Assembly: GCF_011386835.1 (NCBI RefSeq)
Contig: NC_088792.1
Span: 289,478,001-289,542,000, forward strand
From: Chrysemys picta bellii
Lineage: Eukaryota
DNA length: 64,000 nucleotides
Direction: 5' to 3'
Program-made: the position numbers and the translations under genes
In this document: piece by piece, positions 58,601 to 64,000 of the stretch
How the letters are laid out: each line of letters opens with the position of its first letter
Numbering within the stretch: position 1 is the stretch's first letter
Notes under the pieces: model-generated
Seen by the model: the letters and a program-made list of their open reading frames with translations, nothing else
The model's database searches: none
What the model was told of the DNA's origin: nothing

Positions 58601-61600
58601 GTCTGGGTTATTGAAAGTGCTGAGCAAGGGTCACGCTAACTGAAGTCACTGGGAGCTGCTCGGGGCTCAGCCCCTTTGAGCAACTGGGCACTTAGGGGCC
58701 CAAATCATGGGGGGGCAGCATCACTATAGTTGTGACTTGCTTTCTGTTTAACAGCCAGTTTTCCTAAGTGCTCGGAAATCCACAGAAGCGTTGTCAAGGG
58801 AACTAGCATTAATTAAAGAGAAGGAGGACAAAAGTGTCCAGCCAGCAGCAGCATTAGAATAATATAACCAGGCCGCCTGCGCTTCACCCATTTCCTGAAC
58901 AACGGGACTGAGTGTGATCAAAGAAAAGCAAGTAGCTGTGACGCTCATTAATGACGCCTCAGGACAGGCATCTGTAACGGAGAGCCCTTATCGTAAGGAC
59001 GGGTATAAGGAGCCCAGTGGCTGATGTGGCACCAGGATACAGGCCTCAGTCAGACCTGTATCTTAGGGGTATCACGAGAGAAACAGGCAGAAAATACACT
59101 GCAATTTCTGCACTAACTCATCCAGTCTACACAAACCAAGGGTTTGCCCCCCCACTGATTTCAACCCCCATCAAAGTGCTGAACTTCCTTGGAAGAGGGG
59201 TCTGAAGGAATGTGGGACACTGGAAAAAAAAAAACTCATAGCAAATCTCAATCCATGTGTCCCCCCGCCACAAACTGCTACCAAAAAACCAAGCTGTGCC
59301 CAAACGACAACATACATTTGAAAAGGAGACTCTGCCCCAAACGGCAGAATGTGTATAGACATGGTCCCCCTGCTAGACGGGAAATCCAGGTGTAACTCTC
59401 TCGAGAGGTGCCACCACCCTGTCATCAGGGCCACGCGTCGAGTCAGTGGCGCAAGTTGGGGTCATTTGGTCAAGTGGTTCCTCAGGTGAAGGTCTCCCCA
59501 CCCAACAACTGAAATTGTTCTAAAACCCACGTGCATAGTGCGATTGTCAGGGGCCAGCCCAGCTCCGACAGCCGCTGGCCGACTCCCCAGCTTGGCTGCT
59601 AGGCAGTTAACGAGCCCGGCTGCCCTGCCTTGGAACTGAGAGAGGGGCCACAGCCCTTGCTGATTTACAGGGCCACCCAGAGGAGTCAGGGGGCCTGGGG
59701 CAAAGCGGGGGAGCGGACATAAAAAAAGGCGCCATCCGCTGCAGCGCTTGTACTCACCGGGCGGCGCTCCGAGTCTGCGGCGGCGGCGGCGGCGGCGGGT
59801 CCTTCACTCGCTCCGCGTCTTCGGCAGCACTGACGGACCCGCCCCCGAAATGCCGCCGCGACTGAAGGGCCCACGGCCGAAGTGCCGCCGAAGACCCGGA
59901 CCACCGCCGGGTGAGTAGCCAGGGAGGGGATTCTCGGCCAGGGCTTGCGGGGCCCCTGCGGGGCCCGGGGCAAATTGCCCCACTTGCCCCCACCCAAGTG
60001 TCTCTGCTGATTTAGCAGCCCTGCTTATAAGCCTGGCCCGCACAGCACATCAGCAGCTGCTCAAGGCATTGCTGGCCCCCAGCTGGGCTCGCTCTTGTTC
60101 CAGTCCCTGCTCCTGCCCCTGCCCCCCTCCGGGTTCGGATTCTCGCTTCGATCCCCAGCTCTGCCTCTAGCTTCCAGCTCCAGTGGAAACCTCTGGCTCC
60201 GGCATTTGGCTTCTGTCCCCTCGGCTCGTTTCCTGGGCCCTGCCCACCCTGGGCCCAGCTCTAAGTGGTAGGTCGAATGCCCACTTCCACCATTAGGCCT
60301 GTCCTGGTGACAGGAGGGGAGAGAACAGCCACGGGGATGAATGGAGCAGTTCACAGCATGCAGGGCGATTGGGTCAGGCTGCGTACAGCTCCAGGCACAG
60401 GTGCCGACTTTCCATAGTGCCGGGGAGGTTGGACCCCTTCCCCCAAGGCCTCGCCCTGCCCCCACTCCACCCCTTCCCCCACGGCCACACCCACACCCCG
60501 CCTCTTCCCTTCCCCCACTCCACCCCTTCCCCCACGGCCACACCCACGCCCCGCCTCTTCCCGCCCCCACTCCACCCCTTCCCTTCCCCCACGGCCACAC
60601 CCACGCCCCGCCTCTTCCCGCCCCCACTCCACCCCTTCCCTTCCCCCACACCCACGCCCCGCCTCTTCCCTTCCCCCACTCCACCCCTTCCCTTCCCCCA
60701 CGGCCACACCCACACCCCGCCTCTTCCCGCCCCCACTCCACCCCTTCCCTTCCCCCACGGCCACACCCACACCCCGCCTCTTCCCGCCCCCACTCCACCC
60801 CTTCCCTTCCCTTCCCCCACGGCCACACCCACGCCCCGCCTCTTCCCGCCCCCACTCCACCCCTTCCCTTCCCCCACGGCCACACCCACGCCCCGCCTCT
60901 TCCCGCCCCCACTCCACCCCTTCCCTTCCCCCACGGCCACACCCACGCCCCGCCTCTTCCCGCCCCCACTCCACCCCTTCCCTTCCCCCACGGCCACACC
61001 CACGCCCCGCCTCTTCCCGCCCCCACTCCACCCCTTCCCTTCCCCCACGGCCACACCCACGCCCCGCCTCTTCCCGCCCCCACTCCACCCCTTCCCTTCC
61101 CCCACGGCCACACCCACGCCCCGCCTCTTCCCTTCCCCCACACCCCGCCTCTTCCCGCCCCCACTCCACCCCTTCCCTTCCCCCACGGCCACACCCACGC
61201 CCCGCCTCTTCCCTTCCCCCACTCCACCCCTTCCCCCACGGCCACACCCACGCCCCGCCTCTTCCCCCCCACGGCCAACACCCACACCCTGCCTCTTCCC
61301 GCCCCCACTCCACCCCTTCCCCCACGGCCACACCCACGCCCCGCCTCTTCCCCCCACGGCCACACCCACGCCCCCCCTCTTTCCTCCCCACAGCCACACC
61401 CACACCCACACCCTGCCTCTTCCCCCCCACTCCACTCCACCCCACCCCTTCCCCCATGGCCACACCCACGCTCCACCTCTTCCCACCTCCACTCCACCCC
61501 TTCCCTCAAGGCCACACCCACACCCCGCCTCTTCCCGCCCCCACTCCACCCCTTCCCCCACGGCCACACCCACGCCCCGCCTCTTCCCGCCCCCACTCCA

Positions 61601-63038
61601 CCCCTTCCCTTCCCCCACGGCCACACCCACACCCTGCCTCTTCCCGCCCCCACTCCACCCCTTCCCCCACGGCCACACCCACGCCCCGCCTCTTCCCACC
61701 CCCACCCCACCCCTTCCCCCAAGGCCTCGCCCCGCCTCTTCCCACCCAGTTCTGCCCCCTCCCCAAGTGCTCCAGCCCTGGAGCCCCCACGGAGTTGGCG
61801 CTTGTGTCTCCAGGGGCTGTTCTCTTTCGTCTGAGAACATCTCAAGGAGCTGAATGGGCCACGTTACACATGGGCAGAGCCCCTTTGCCCTAGCTTAGAC
61901 CCCGAATGGATGACGGAGTCTGGGGCTCCCCTCCACTCCCCCTAACCCAGGCCCGGAGGGACAGAATCTCCTAGCCCAGCGCAGCTGGTGGAAAGTGTCC
62001 TTCCGAGTGCCCTCCTCTGCCCCCCAGCATCTAGCTCCGGTTCAGCTGCAGCCCCCGAGCCTTGGGCTAGCCAGGGGGCAGTGGCATCTCCGCTGCACAT
62101 CACTGGCGCTGGTGTCTGAGTCAGCTGCCCAGGTCACCTGCCAGCCGTAACGCTTGGTCCTAGAAGGGTGATGAGCCCATACCCAGGCGCCTCCCGAGGG
62201 GATGTGCATGAGTTACCCCTCGGCAGCAGGGCCTGGCCCATCATGGGGGTAACAGGCCCCACTGCTTCACTCAGCTCCTCGTAAACCCAGAGAATCCAAA
62301 CTGCCACCCGCGGTGCTATGGGAAAGTGGATGGGGAATCCGTCAACACCTCTTCTGAGATGGCGCACTAGGGATCCTAGAGCCCCCCCACTCCTGGGGGC
62401 TAGTGAGCTGCTGGGCTGGCTCGGTGAAAACAGCCACACCCCGCTCCCAACCCCCCTGCAACAGGCAGATTTCAAGACTCCACGAGGGTTGGAGCATCCA
62501 GCCACAACAGTCACCAAGCAACCCCCTGGGGCCTGTCTAATAAATACTGTAACTCAGACCAACCACTAGGTCTAGGGAACGGCGGTTACCATACCGACAG
62601 GCTCGGTAACACCGATCGTCCCGACCTGGCAGCCGGCGAACAGAAGTGGTGGACAGACGGAGCAGGGCGGCTGTACCACGTGCCAGCTGCTGGTGGGGGG
62701 TGAGAACAGCTTTAGGATTTTGTTGCTAGATGCAGGCCCATCGGCCCCATCGTCCAGTCTAGTTGCCTTTGAGGAAGGCTCCAATCCCTTCATCAAAGGG
62801 CTGGCAGCTGCCAGCCCGAAGCAGGCGGAACTGTAACAAACGGGGAACAAACGGTTAATCCACGGCCAAGGGAGGTTTTTTAAATAGTTACCAAAGAATA
62901 ACCGTGGCTCTCAGCTGGGTGTCCCGTTCTTGTCTCAAACAGCACCGCATGCGCCCAGAGATTTCCCAGCTGCTGGTGCCCCTCTTTTACAAACAGCTCA
63001 AAGACCACGATGCCGTGGCTGAATACGAACAGATCAAG
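47449..63038 (+). CDS. ZNFX1-like (NFX1-type zinc finger-containing protein 1-like) SF1/UPF1-family RNA helicase, 5' part (933 aa); the gene continues beyond the window
   Basis: Exons 47449-48825, 49324-49480, 49846-49971, 50598-50743, 50996-51130, 51261-51357, 51891-52023, 52621-52740, 53313-53467, 57448-57593, 58045-58155 and 62943-63038 (2799 nt). All are GT-AG and phase-continuous with no stop. ZNFX1 signatures: [118 protein letters not shown]. The start codon is uncertain (acceptor at 47444, ATG at 47449). No symbol is given because it looks like a paralogue rather than the orthologue. Confidence 0.93.
54860..55841. mobile_element. Non-autonomous pogo/Tigger-like (Tc1/mariner) DNA transposon
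   Basis: Inverted termini cgggaactcctcacttaa… / …ttaagtaaggagttactg and a TA target duplication (54858-54859 and 55842-55843). Confidence 0.85.
55611..55650. repeat. (TG)20 microsatellite
   Basis: Read directly; lies inside the Tigger-like element. Confidence 0.98.
56855..57341 (+). mobile_element. 3' half of an LTR, same family as 35961-37045
   Basis: Collinear with about 36520-37045 (ccagagacttgatt…aacctgcag…catcgttaca). Intact AATAAA at 56996-57001. Confidence 0.85.
59668..60006. mobile_element. GC-rich hAT-type MITE
   Basis: Starts CAGGGCC, with an 8-bp TSD CTGATTTA (59660-59667 and 60007-60014) and internal inverted repeats tactcaccgggcggcgctccg / cggaccaccgccgggtgagta. Confidence 0.8.
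60445..61745. repeat. 57-bp C-rich minisatellite, about 22 variant units
   Basis: acggcc recurs at 60819, 60876, 60933 and 60990 (period 57). The unit is a multiple of 3 and has no stops, which explains the 370-590-aa ORFs. Confidence 0.95.
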
Positions 63039-64000
63039 GTAGGTGGAAACACTTCCCGTAGCTGGGAATCTGTCTGCCTGTGCCACGTGACGGAGCCACC
63101 TGCCAGCCCGGGCAAGAGTGTTCGGGGAGGGCGTGGGGAGCGAGGGCATGGTTATTACCAAAGGGATTCTAATGTATTAGATGCATCCCACTGAAGCTGT
63201 TAACAAGCCCACGGTAGAGCAAGAAACCAACTACAGGGCTGGTTGCTCCCATCCTTCTGCCTTGGCTCACCGAAGGAGCCTGCCATGCGCGCCTCAGGGC
63301 AGAGTTCATTTATCAGACTAGGTTCCCTCTGGATCCAGATGAAGCCAACGGGACCGGCTGGTGGAGACTCTGTGACTGGGGCATTTGTGAAGGCAGCTCT
63401 TTCTCCCCCACTTAGCCCTGTTAGGCAGCACTACAGCCCCCCGGTGCGGTGAATGGGGAGTTGCCCACGGCTGGCTTGTTTCCTTCGGTTTGTTCTCATC
63501 CTCACCTGTAGGGCTGGCTGGAGAATGCAGGGGAAAAATATCCCAAACACCGTTCCAGGAGATTTTGAACATTCAGCAAGTTCTGGCTGCTTGGGAAGCT
63601 GGAGGGAAACGTCCTCAGTTAACCATTCAGGGAGGATTTCTGCAAAACTATAGAAATTTCAAAACTTTTCCAGCCAGCCATAGTCATTTTTCTGTGTGTG
63701 CTCCTGGGTGTCTGGTGTGGGGGGCTCTTCCTTCTGGCTGGGGAGGCCAAGGGGAGTTTTAATGGTTAACTAACACACACACACACGCTTTGAAGGAAAA
63801 ATAAACACATGGGGTGCCCTAAGCACTAGATTATCCTTCCTCCCAGAGGTAACAGGCTCTTTCGTGCTCATCCTCTGCACCTTGGTTTTAAACAAGCCTC
63901 GGACCTGTAATTCTATGCTACTGCTGAGGTGTGACCGGCAGCATCAGGAAGTGGGATCTGAAGCCGTCTCCATGGGAGATGAGCTGCACACCAGCAAAGC

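Noticed and set aside
59700-59950. Apparent intragenic CpG-island promoter
   Set aside because: Explained by a hAT-type MITE with an 8-bp TSD; kept only as a repeat-related finding.
8301-61745. Tandem arrays as CRISPR-like or tRNA genes
   Set aside because: The arrays lack unique spacers and the sequence is vertebrate. The tRNA-like segments are SINE heads, not full cloverleaf tRNAs.
60061-61853. Five overlapping ORFs of 372-594 aa
   Set aside because: They are translations of the 57-bp (19-codon) stop-free minisatellite: repetitive P/H/T or G/W/R peptides with no domain.
58938-62900. Possible LTR-like segments starting tgtgacg/tgtaacg (58938, 58973) and cgtaacg (62146)
   Set aside because: No matching 3' terminus or TSD could be identified.

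Overview
Eukaryotic vertebrate DNA, almost certainly a turtle: it carries tortoise-type tRNA/CR1 SINEs, CR1 LINEs, Penelope-like elements and turtle-type LTRs and MITEs. Much of it is GC-rich and VNTR-rich. Four intron-containing genes can be supported. (1) The 5' end of MROH1 on the minus strand: a CpG-island first exon at about 10156-10210 and a 22-nt first coding exon at 5909-5930. (2) A complete, intact TSSK5 kinase on the plus strand: 8 coding exons, 16104-24798, 517 aa. (3) A complete HGH1 on the minus strand: 6 coding exons, 29593-26350, 374 aa. (4) The 5' part of an intron-rich ZNFX1-like SF1/UPF1-type RNA helicase on the plus strand: 12 coding exons, 47449-63038, 933 aa, continuing past the window. 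From recall, MROH1-TSSK5-HGH1 matches the mammalian 8q24.3 / mouse chr15 block, but the ZNFX1-like gene sits where mammals have WDR97, and mammalian ZNFX1 lies elsewhere. It is therefore a candidate divergent paralogue. Upstream of it are an orphan CpG-island promoter, several IRF/ISRE-like motifs and two sense-oriented solo LTRs with intact TSDs. Together these suggest an interferon-inducible antiviral helicase locus; this is inference. Penelope-derived inserts carry minimal hammerhead-ribozyme motifs. Nearly all other ORFs in the track are artefacts of GC-rich sequence, VNTRs or decayed transposons. Exon models were built by hand from splice signals, phase continuity and recalled protein similarity; no database search was run.
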